A stretch of DNA of 52,962 bases, from contig JBLFWJ010000002.1 in assembly GCA_047611425.1 (NCBI GenBank), positions 1 to 52,962 on the forward strand, written 5' to 3'. This document shows positions 1 to 8,164 of the stretch, in pieces. Each line of letters starts with the position of its first letter. Within the stretch, counting starts at the first letter, position 1. The stretch is from Bacteroidia bacterium. GTDB taxonomy: Bacteria > Bacteroidota > Bacteroidia > UBA10329. A program made the translations under genes and the position numbers. Under the pieces are notes generated by a model. It made no database searches. It worked only from the letters and a program-made list of their open reading frames with translations, and was not told the DNA's origin.

Positions 1-2070
1 GGATTGAATCTCAATATTGACATTCCTATCATCAATACAACGGATACCAGCAAGTTTACGGTGCACTACCACGGACAACCTTCTCAAGATCCCAGTGGAT
101 GGGGCGGATTTTACTGGTCGGGCACTTCTTATGCATTCAACCTTGGGGTTGGGTTTGATGAAGATCCGCATGTTTACGGCCGAGCTTGGTATCCATGTTT
201 GGATGTGTTCACCGATAAATCGACTTATGATTTTAGGGTGACGGTCGACTCCGTGTATCTCCCAGTTTGCAACGGAGAAATGATGAGTCAGCTTGATCTT
301 GGAGACGGCCGCAAAATCACCCATTGGCAAATGGATGAACCTATTCCAACGTACTTGACTGCAATTGCTATCGCTCCATTCATTCTTCTTGAACGTGAGT
401 ATAGCGGAATACCAACACAGTTTGCGTGCCTTGCAAGCGACACGAATAACGTAAACAGTACGTTCACAAACATGCAAGCCTGCGTTGATCGCTTTTTGGA
501 AGCTTTTGGGCCGTACAGATTCAACCGAATCGGTTATTCGCTGGTGCCGTTTTCTGGCGGTGCCATGGAGCATGCCACCAGCATTCACATAGGTAAAGCA
601 TTTATTGATGGAAGCCTGAGCTATGAAACACTTTGGGCGCACGAGTTAGCGCACATGTGGTGGGGTGATAACGTTACCTGCTCAACCGCAGAAGACATGT
701 GGCTTAACGAAGGTTGGGCCGCTTACTCCGAGGCATTATTCACTGAAGAGGTTTATGGAGAAGATGCTTACATGAATTGGTTTCGGCCATTGCATCGCCA
801 AATGCTACAATTCGCACACATTGAGGATGGCGATTATTACGCCATGAACGACATACCGCATGCCGTGACTTACGGAACGCATGTTTATGAGAAAGGACCA
901 TTAATGTGTCACTCACTGCGCGGATATATGGGAGACAGTCTTTTCTTTTTGGCTTGTCATGCTTACCAAGATTCATTGGAATATGGTAATGCTACGAGCC
1001 AGAACATGCGGGACATTTTCACTTCCGCCACTGGACTTGACATGAGTGGTTTTTTCAACGGCTGGATATTAGAACCGGGTTGGGCGCATTTCAGCGTTGA
1101 TTCGTTCGAAGTCACTTCTATTCCCAGCGCTTTTGAGGTTGAAGTTCATTTACGTCAGAGATCAAGGGCAAACCAGCATGTTTATGAGATGAATGTGCCC
1201 GTTACGTTTTACGATGGAAATGGAATTGATACCACGCTCTGGATTCCAATGAATCAGGAAACTCAGAGTTCCACGATCCAGATTCTGTTCGAACCGGTTT
1301 TAGCGATGATAGATGGTGACGAGCAACTGGCAGATGCTATGGCCACATATACCAGGGAGATTACAGATGATGGCTTGACGAATTTCCTCTACACTAACGT
1401 GAAGTTTGACGTTGACAACCCGGGTCAAGGAGGAAGTTTCGTTCGGGTATCCGACAACTTCGTAGCGCCTCATCCAAACTATTCAACCACCGGTGGCATT
1501 CTTCTAAATGACTACCACTTCTGGTCTGTAGAAGGTATCCTTGGTGAAGGGTTTGCCTCCAATGCAACTTTTAAATATTATGGTACGACCAGCACTGCAA
1601 CCGGCTATATGGACAATAACCTTTTTGTTAATAGTAATGAAGATAGCTTGATCATGCTTTATAGACCTGGAGCGGGATACAACTGGCAAGAGGTTGATGG
1701 ATATGAGCTTGTGACTGGTTCTAACGTAACCAACGGAAGAGGCGAAGTGGACGTAGAATCGGTGAAATTGGGGGAATATGTATTAGCTATTTATGACGCT
1801 GCGCTCGGTGTTCGAAATAATCGATTAACCGCAAATTCTGTTTATCCCAATCCGGCATCTAGCGCTGTAACCATCAACCTTGATCCTAAGTCGTTGTATC
1901 CAGCCACTATTCAGATTCTAGACATGACTGGTCGAACAGTCATTCGAGAGGTTATATCTCGACCCAATGCTTCAATAAATTTGGAAGGCTGTGAATCAGG
2001 CACTCACCTCATCCGAATTGAATCCTCCGATGGAAAAATTACCGATCAGAAGATTGAGATTGTCCGGTAA
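1..2070 (+). CDS. M1-family zinc metallopeptidase (aminopeptidase N-like) with a T9SS C-terminal sorting domain; 5' end runs off the window
   Basis: The frame is open from base 1. It contains the GAMEH motif, HELAHMWWGD (HExxH) and WLNEGWAAY (downstream Glu). The last ~80 aa (VYPNPASSAVTINL...THLIRIESSDGKITDQKIEIVR) resemble a T9SS CTD. Confidence 0.85.
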   Translation, partial: GLNLNIDIPIINTTDTSKFTVHYHGQPSQDPSGWGGFYWSGTSYAFNLGVGFDEDPHVYGRAWYPCLDVFTDKSTYDFRVTVDSVYLPVCNGEMMSQLDLGDGRKITHWQMDEPIPTYLTAIAIAPFILLEREYSGIPTQFACLASDTNNVNSTFTNMQACVDRFLEAFGPYRFNRIGYSLVPFSGGAMEHATSIHIGKAFIDGSLSYETLWAHELAHMWWGDNVTCSTAEDMWLNEGWAAYSEALFTEEVYGEDAYMNWFRPLHRQMLQFAHIEDGDYYAMNDIPHAVTYGTHVYEKGPLMCHSLRGYMGDSLFFLACHAYQDSLEYGNATSQNMRDIFTSATGLDMSGFFNGWILEPGWAHFSVDSFEVTSIPSAFEVEVHLRQRSRANQHVYEMNVPVTFYDGNGIDTTLWIPMNQETQSSTIQILFEPVLAMIDGDEQLADAMATYTREITDDGLTNFLYTNVKFDVDNPGQGGSFVRVSDNFVAPHPNYSTTGGILLNDYHFWSVEGILGEGFASNATFKYYGTTSTATGYMDNNLFVNSNEDSLIMLYRPGAGYNWQEVDGYELVTGSNVTNGRGEVDVESVKLGEYVLAIYDAALGVRNNRLTANSVYPNPASSAVTINLDPKSLYPATIQILDMTGRTVIREVISRPNASINLEGCESGTHLIRIESSDGKITDQKIEIVR

Positions 2071-3567
2071 TCAGTAGTCGTCTTTTAAAGACTTGGTTTT
2101 GAAACCATGCTTTTGTACGCCTTTTGGTTTTTTCCGAACCGGGTCGTAGGCTGGGCAGCTCTTACTCGATTTCTTTTTTCGCTTCTTCCTTGGCTTGCAT
2201 TTAGGATTATCGAATAAGGTGATTTTTAGGTTGAAATAAATATCCATTCCATAAGTATCAACTGGTGCAAAAAGAGCCAGGATATGATCGGAACCGATTA
2301 CCAAACTATAGAATCGAAGCATCAATCCAAGTTGCGGCTGATAGTAATCGTGCAGAGAGAGAGGAAGAGCGGCTTCAAACCATTTATGCTCCCATCGTGG
2401 CGTTATGTTAATCAATGCCTTGCGCATTCCGGTATTGGTTGGCATCAACCGAAAACCCTGCATGTAGGTAAAGCTTGTATAGAAGTTGTGGCCAAAATTG
2501 TAGTCGAACTGGAGGCTTCCAGCTGCTGGAAGTCCCGCTTTAAACTCCCGTGCATCGGGCTCCAATTGAAGACTTAAAGCTGAGTCTAACGCAAACTGCG
2601 TACTCAAACCTTCATCGATACCCGAAATACCTTGAGGCTTGAAATTGCCGTAATTACGCCAGTAGGTAGATGCGTTTGTAAAACTTCGCTGCACCCCGGT
2701 GTAATCCACGTATCCAAGATCAAGTAATGACGCTCCCAACTTCCATCTATAACCAATCTTCTTACAGCCAGATCTCGGATCCCTTGGTGAATAACTGCTT
2801 GAATTTTTGAGCATGCGTTTGTACTGCACACCAATATCAATTCCGAATCCACTGCCAGAATTAAATGCCGGTTCAGCAATGGCATACTCACCCGTGAAAT
2901 TGTCTATACGAAGGTCATTCTCGTCAATAATCGTGTAATCAAACTCATCCGACTTTAAAGAGATATTAGCAATACCAATCAGGTAGTTAAACGTTAAACC
3001 AGCTGTAATAAGGTTTTCGCGATGACTCGAAATTATTGTGGCATAGGAAAGCCCAATCTCGGCAAATCCGAGAGCATTTACTCTGAATTGATCGTGCGAA
3101 TAATCGATGCCTAATTGCGGTTCATACCTGAGCCCTTCAAACATCGATACTGCAAAAGGCTGGGGTACGCCCTCAGCAGAGACGAAAACTCTAGCCCCAG
3201 TATGTACGCCAATGGCATGCTTTCCCAATGCAAGTGTGAATGCCGGCCCCATGGCTTTTACTTGCACCTGCGCTCTGCGATTTTTCCGGTCGTCCTTTCT
3301 TCTGATGTCGGGCATATTGCCCGATGGGACGTTTTCCCAGAAATAGAAATCTTCCTTACTATAGTAAGCGAAGTTGTTGTTGAAGTAAACATCAACTCCA
3401 ACTATGTTTACGTCAAGCCAAACCTTGCTATCAACCATTGACGCGGGGTTAAGCGCCACACCATTTGTTCCAGCAAAATTGCTGTTGGCAATGCCCAGCA
3501 TTTCCTGTGCTACAGTTAAGTGCACGGAAATAAGAAAAATCAAGGTAAACCAAAGGGTTTTCAGCAT
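2071..3567 (-). CDS. Outer-membrane beta-barrel protein, FadL/PorV-like N-terminal motif, function unknown
   Basis: I chose the internal Met that gives signal peptide MLKTLWFTLIFLISVHLTVA|QE (the ORF track extends to 3639). The N-terminus has the motif GIANSNFAGTNGVALNPASM, and the body shows an alternating beta-strand pattern. A barrel-type terminus LKITLF is followed by a 46-aa basic tail. Confidence 0.55.
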   Translation of the reverse strand: MLKTLWFTLIFLISVHLTVAQEMLGIANSNFAGTNGVALNPASMVDSKVWLDVNIVGVDVYFNNNFAYYSKEDFYFWENVPSGNMPDIRRKDDRKNRRAQVQVKAMGPAFTLALGKHAIGVHTGARVFVSAEGVPQPFAVSMFEGLRYEPQLGIDYSHDQFRVNALGFAEIGLSYATIISSHRENLITAGLTFNYLIGIANISLKSDEFDYTIIDENDLRIDNFTGEYAIAEPAFNSGSGFGIDIGVQYKRMLKNSSSYSPRDPRSGCKKIGYRWKLGASLLDLGYVDYTGVQRSFTNASTYWRNYGNFKPQGISGIDEGLSTQFALDSALSLQLEPDAREFKAGLPAAGSLQFDYNFGHNFYTSFTYMQGFRLMPTNTGMRKALINITPRWEHKWFEAALPLSLHDYYQPQLGLMLRFYSLVIGSDHILALFAPVDTYGMDIYFNLKITLFDNPKCKPRKKRKKKSSKSCPAYDPVRKKPKGVQKHGFKTKSLKDDY

Positions 3568-3688
3568 AGCTCGGTCGGAGGCTTTAGCGATTGTAAGGAT
3601 AACGAATTCGGTTCTTGACAATTGTTCAAAGGGATACATTTTCGCTAAGCGTCATCTTAATTAGAAAGCGCACGTGTAACTTAGTTCC

Positions 3689-4780
3689 ATGTCCAGGCTG
3701 TTGATAATATTGTCTTTGATAATCTCAGCATCCGCTTTAGCACAAACTGACACCACGAAAAACCCATTGGTCCTTGGCCTTCATGGACATGGAGGTCTTC
3801 TTTTCAAGCATTCATCTGCACTAGGGGTCTTAAAGAAGTCGTATCCATGGGGGTTAACAATGGATATTGCTTGGCACCTTACCGGGATTAAGGCTTATCA
3901 ATATTGTAGCTGCTATCCGAAAGTGGGTGTTTCTGTAAACTATTTCAATTTTGATAATCCAACCGTGTTGGGCAATGCATATTACGCCATCGCCTTTGTA
4001 GAACCTGTTTTCTTTCTGCCACGAAAGTTCAATTTGTCTTTCCGTCTTGGGTTGATTGGGGTTGCTTTTCACGACAAACCATTTGATGCGGACAGCAACC
4101 CAACAAACGTAGCCTATAGCACCTATGCGGCATTTCCTCTGATGCTTGGGTTGGGTTTTAACTATAGAGTAACCCCACAATGGAGTATCAAGCTCGCGGC
4201 TAATTACAATCACATCAGTAATGGTGGCATCAAGAATCCGAATAAAGGGTTGAATTTTCCAACAGCCAGCATCGGTGTGGACTACATGTTGAAGTATTCA
4301 CAAATGGATGCCCGAGGTCGAATGCGTAGACCACCACCCGAAAAGAAAAATAAGATGGTATTTGAAACGGGTAACGGCCTGAAAAACTCGCGTTCAGATG
4401 ACCCAGACCAATACTGGGTTTTCAACCTGAACCTTACGTACAGTCGATGGTTCCACAGATCATCGGCAGTTGCCGCTGGTTTTGCCTGGGAAATGGATAA
4501 TGCTAGAAGAATGGAAATCGTTCGTTGGCAAAATGGCTCCGTTGACCACAACAGACTTTCTTTTTTCGTTGGTCACGAGTTTTGGCTGGGAAAGGTGCGG
4601 TTCGGACAATATATAGGCGCTTACGTGTATGATCACTACAAGGTGAATGACCCAGTTTATCACCGCCATTCGTTGACTTTCAACATTACAAAATTCCTGT
4701 ATGCAGGAGTAAGTTTGAAGGCCCACCGTCAAGTAGCCGATGTACTTGATCTTAGAATTGGAACCAATCTTGATTGGTGA
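3689..4780 (+). CDS. Acyloxyacyl hydrolase / PagL-like lipid A deacylase family outer-membrane protein
   Basis: Signal peptide ending ASALA|QT. The motif NYNHISNGGIKNPNKGLNF matches the PagL-type HxSNG...N.G.N signature. A second beta-rich half follows. Confidence 0.6.
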   Translation: MSRLLIILSLIISASALAQTDTTKNPLVLGLHGHGGLLFKHSSALGVLKKSYPWGLTMDIAWHLTGIKAYQYCSCYPKVGVSVNYFNFDNPTVLGNAYYAIAFVEPVFFLPRKFNLSFRLGLIGVAFHDKPFDADSNPTNVAYSTYAAFPLMLGLGFNYRVTPQWSIKLAANYNHISNGGIKNPNKGLNFPTASIGVDYMLKYSQMDARGRMRRPPPEKKNKMVFETGNGLKNSRSDDPDQYWVFNLNLTYSRWFHRSSAVAAGFAWEMDNARRMEIVRWQNGSVDHNRLSFFVGHEFWLGKVRFGQYIGAYVYDHYKVNDPVYHRHSLTFNITKFLYAGVSLKAHRQVADVLDLRIGTNLDW

Positions 4781-5392
4781 TCACTTCACAAGGAAACCCA
4801 TCATTTTTCGGTCCTCGATAAACGCTTCAAGTTTGTCACCGGGCTCCATCTTTCCAACTCCAGCAGGCGTTCCTGTAAAGATCAAATCACCAATCCGAAG
4901 CGTGAAGTATTTGGAAATTTCACTAATTAATGAATTGACCTTGAAGAGCATATCGGCAGTATGACCGTTCTGCATCGTTTCGCCATTTTTCAATAGAGAG
5001 AAGTGTATGTCTTGTATAGGAGGAAGGTCCTTTAACGCGATTAACTTGCTAATTGGAGCCGACCCATCAAACCCTTTAGCCCGCTCCCAAGGATGGCCTT
5101 TTTCTTTGCATTTAGCCTGTACGTCACGGGCGGTTATATCAATTCCTATTCCCACATGGTCGTAATATGTGTGCGCGAATTTTTCTTGAACGTGCTTTCC
5201 TGGTTTGGTAATGCGCACAAATATTTCGGCTTCATAGTGGCAATCACTAGTCCAATCTGGTATGAAGAACGTCTCATTATTTCGCAGCAGGGCCGAATCT
5301 GGTTTAATGAAAAGAAGTGGCTCTTTTGGAACTGGGTTGTTCAGTTCCTTGGCGTGCTCAGCATAATTGCGTCCAACACAAATAATCTTCAT
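4781..5392 (-). CDS. Fumarylacetoacetate hydrolase (FAH) family protein
   Basis: 203 aa with CVGRNYAEHAKEL, FIKP, HYEAEI and GDLIFTGTPAGVG motifs typical of small FAH-fold hydratases/isomerases. Confidence 0.85.
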   Translation of the reverse strand: MKIICVGRNYAEHAKELNNPVPKEPLLFIKPDSALLRNNETFFIPDWTSDCHYEAEIFVRITKPGKHVQEKFAHTYYDHVGIGIDITARDVQAKCKEKGHPWERAKGFDGSAPISKLIALKDLPPIQDIHFSLLKNGETMQNGHTADMLFKVNSLISEISKYFTLRIGDLIFTGTPAGVGKMEPGDKLEAFIEDRKMMGFLVK

Positions 5393-5395
5393 TGC

Positions 5396-6163
5396 TTACT
5401 GATTGAATCCTCGAAGTCGGATTTCTGTCAATACTTTTTTTGTGTAAGATGGAAAGTCAGCATCCATCATCCAGTTATAATAGGAAGGTTGTTGTTTGAG
5501 TATCTCGACAACAGGTTTTCCTTTGAATTTTCCAAAATTGAAACATTCTATTCCTTCTTCATTGTAGACAATATGTCCAGAGAAATCTGCGGCATTGTGC
5601 CTTCTAGAGAATTCATGGAGAAAGTCCATGTCATCGTTCAGCTCATCGTACTTCTCTAGCTGAGAACGAAACACTTCATAAGTTGCACGTGTATCTGCTT
5701 CGGCACTATGCGCATTTGTAAGATCCTTTTGACAATAGAATTTGTACGCTGCCACAAGCGTTCTTTGTTCCAACTTGTGAAAAATATTTTGGACATCGAC
5801 ACATCGTCTTCCTTTCATATTCATGTCAACGCCAACTCGCGCGAGCTCTTCCATTAGCATCGGTATGTCGAACCTGTTGCTATTGAACCCGCCTAAATCG
5901 GCATCGTCCATAAAGGCTACAACCTTTTGCGCCACCTCGCCAAACTTTGGGCTATCCTTTACCTTCTCATCGGTAATACCGTGTATGGCTGCAGACTCTG
6001 ATGGAATTGGCATCTCAGGGTGAACGAGCAGCGTAAGTGTTTCTTCCGATCCATCAGGATTAATCTTTAAACCCGAGTATTCTACAATTCGATCTTTGCC
6101 AACGTTAACACCTGTGGTTTCTAGGTCGAAGAACACCACTGGACGCGATAATTTCAATGTCAT
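5396..6163 (-). CDS. DEDDh 3'-5' exonuclease (DnaQ/epsilon-like domain protein)
   Basis: Exo I motif FFDLETTG, Exo II motif GFNSNRFDIPML and Exo III motif HSAEADTRAT. Confidence 0.85.
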   Translation of the reverse strand: MTLKLSRPVVFFDLETTGVNVGKDRIVEYSGLKINPDGSEETLTLLVHPEMPIPSESAAIHGITDEKVKDSPKFGEVAQKVVAFMDDADLGGFNSNRFDIPMLMEELARVGVDMNMKGRRCVDVQNIFHKLEQRTLVAAYKFYCQKDLTNAHSAEADTRATYEVFRSQLEKYDELNDDMDFLHEFSRRHNAADFSGHIVYNEEGIECFNFGKFKGKPVVEILKQQPSYYNWMMDADFPSYTKKVLTEIRLRGFNQ

Positions 6164-6172
6164 AAATCTGGT

Positions 6173-8164
6173 TTATTCAGGAAGCGTTAATCCATTCTGA
6201 AAGAGAACGGATTTTTTGACAATCTCTGGTTTGTAGTTCCCTAATCCAGGAATAGTCAATGGCTTTTCTATAGTTTGGAAACCATCCGCTTTGATGGTCA
6301 TATTGTAGTATCCAACTGGAAGTGTCGCAACTACTCTACCTGTTTTGTAATTCGGAAGGTAAGTTCCCATCAAATCTCCATTCACATCACTAATCGTAAT
6401 CATGATACCTAGTTCTGGAAAGCCCGTTACAGGGTTTTGGTCTATGGAAGCTCCCTGCTTTGCTACCTGTACCACCTTTTTCCTAGTGTCTACCCAAACA
6501 AAGGAATCATCTCCAACCGGAAACGTTGCTGGTGTGAATTTCTGAACACCTCCGCCACCAACTGATCCAATGACGGTTATGTCGCAGCGCTCCCCATCTT
6601 TCACCGTTTTCACAACTGTTTGATCAAATGACCATTCTGGTAAATCGAATGGTTGATACTCGTCCGTAAACTCTTTCAACGAACCATCTGATTTCTTCCA
6701 AACATGAAAATTGATTTTCTTCGCCACACCACCTACAGTGGCAAATGCTAATTCAGCAACAAATGCAGACAACCGCTCTTCTTTATCGTTATAGATAACT
6801 CGATAAATATCGGTATCACCAAGCCCGTTCAATCGCAATTGAGATACGTACGCTACTCTAGGGTCATTAGATGGGCAATAAGTGAAATTATCCTGTGTGT
6901 TATTCACTGGGTAACCTAAGTTTTCTGGCCTATCCCAACGTTTGAATTTATCATCCCATTCACTTTTAAATACATCATAGCCACCCATACTGTTGTGTCC
7001 CATTGATGCGAAATACAAGGTTTGTCCATCAAATGAAACATATGGATATTGCTCATCATATTGAGTGTTGATAGTTGGTCCTAGATTAACCGGGACGGAC
7101 CAAAGGCCACCAGGCAAACGTTTAGTCATGAAAATGTCTGTGCCTCCAAAACCAGGAGAGTCAAACGGGGTTCGCGCAAAATAGAAGGTTTGTCCATCAG
7201 GTGTACTGCTTGCACCTATTTCAGGTTCATCAGAATTAATCCCTGCACCCAGGGTTACCGCCTTGTTCCAACTTCTACCTCTTCTATCGGAATACCAAAT
7301 GTCATCTGTCGCGTCTTCGTTGTCGACACGGATGTACATATAGTTTCCATCGGCAGAAACGCTAACCAACTCCTCAATCCATTCGGAATTAACCACCATA
7401 CTGGCATTCTTTGCCCTGTCGAATTCATTGCCTTTTACCTTGCACATAAAAACATCAGGTGGCTTAAACCCATCATAATCCACCATGTTTCCAGCAACTC
7501 CTTTTTCTCTTTTTGTAGAGAACAAGAGGTAAGATTGATCCTCCGGTATGAATGGATTATAGTCTGGACCTGCAGAATTCACCTTGGCCCCTAGGTTTTT
7601 AAAGGTCACATCCAGAGGCTTGGCGATGAATTTCTTAGCTGAATTGCACATTTCAATTCTACGCGTCACATCGATAAGCAGAGCAGGATCCTTTTCAATT
7701 ACTTTATATTTATTGAAGAAGTAGAGAGCGCTATCTAGCTTCTCATTAAACATATAAGCCACCCCCAGCTCAAAAAGTGCCATATAGTCTGAATCTTCCA
7801 TATCAGCCACCTTCCGTAGATACTTTATGGCTCTTTTTTTATCCACATTTTGGTATAGGTGACAAAGACCAACACGATAATTGAAGAATTCATCTTCAGG
7901 TTTTTCCGCCAATAGCTCTATATAATGCGGCAAAGCATTCTTATAATCACCAATTAGGAAAAGTTTGTTGGCTCTGTCTTTAGGTCCGAGGGCTCGAATG
8001 TCGTCTCCTCCGTCTTGTCCCATTATCGTTGGCATTGTGGACCCAAAAAATAAAAGGACCATCAAAATGCGAAAGGCCTTCCCTAAATTAAAGATTGACG
8101 AAAACTCGTTGAACATGATTCGATTACCCGATTTGCGTTTGTTTAAAAGGGTTCCCGCCATCAT
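6173..8164 (-). CDS. PorE-like paralog E: TPR + PD40 (TolB-type) beta-propeller + extra ~110-aa segment + CRD-like beta-sandwich; no OmpA_C
   Basis: Signal peptide ...STMPTIMG|QD (Met17 is an alternative start). TPR-like helices are present (LFLIGDYKNALPHYIELL..., FELGVAYMFNEKLDSALYFF). PD40-type blades include SVSADGNYMYI, STPDGQTFYFA and VSFDGQTLYFASMGHNSMGGYDVF. The C-terminus GTYLPNYKTGRVVATLPVGYYNMTIKADGF is CRD-like. The ATGA overlaps the upstream gene. Confidence 0.7.
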   Translation of the reverse strand: MMAGTLLNKRKSGNRIMFNEFSSIFNLGKAFRILMVLLFFGSTMPTIMGQDGGDDIRALGPKDRANKLFLIGDYKNALPHYIELLAEKPEDEFFNYRVGLCHLYQNVDKKRAIKYLRKVADMEDSDYMALFELGVAYMFNEKLDSALYFFNKYKVIEKDPALLIDVTRRIEMCNSAKKFIAKPLDVTFKNLGAKVNSAGPDYNPFIPEDQSYLLFSTKREKGVAGNMVDYDGFKPPDVFMCKVKGNEFDRAKNASMVVNSEWIEELVSVSADGNYMYIRVDNEDATDDIWYSDRRGRSWNKAVTLGAGINSDEPEIGASSTPDGQTFYFARTPFDSPGFGGTDIFMTKRLPGGLWSVPVNLGPTINTQYDEQYPYVSFDGQTLYFASMGHNSMGGYDVFKSEWDDKFKRWDRPENLGYPVNNTQDNFTYCPSNDPRVAYVSQLRLNGLGDTDIYRVIYNDKEERLSAFVAELAFATVGGVAKKINFHVWKKSDGSLKEFTDEYQPFDLPEWSFDQTVVKTVKDGERCDITVIGSVGGGGVQKFTPATFPVGDDSFVWVDTRKKVVQVAKQGASIDQNPVTGFPELGIMITISDVNGDLMGTYLPNYKTGRVVATLPVGYYNMTIKADGFQTIEKPLTIPGLGNYKPEIVKKSVLFQNGLTLPE

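Noticed and set aside
5093-5659. 188-aa plus-strand ORF spanning the FAH/exonuclease junction, and similar long antisense ORFs at 7190-7594, 19326-19736, 20807-21202, 34353-34754 and 49941-50261
   Set aside because: All are nested antisense to genes with strong family motifs. They have an odd composition and no signal or motif of their own.
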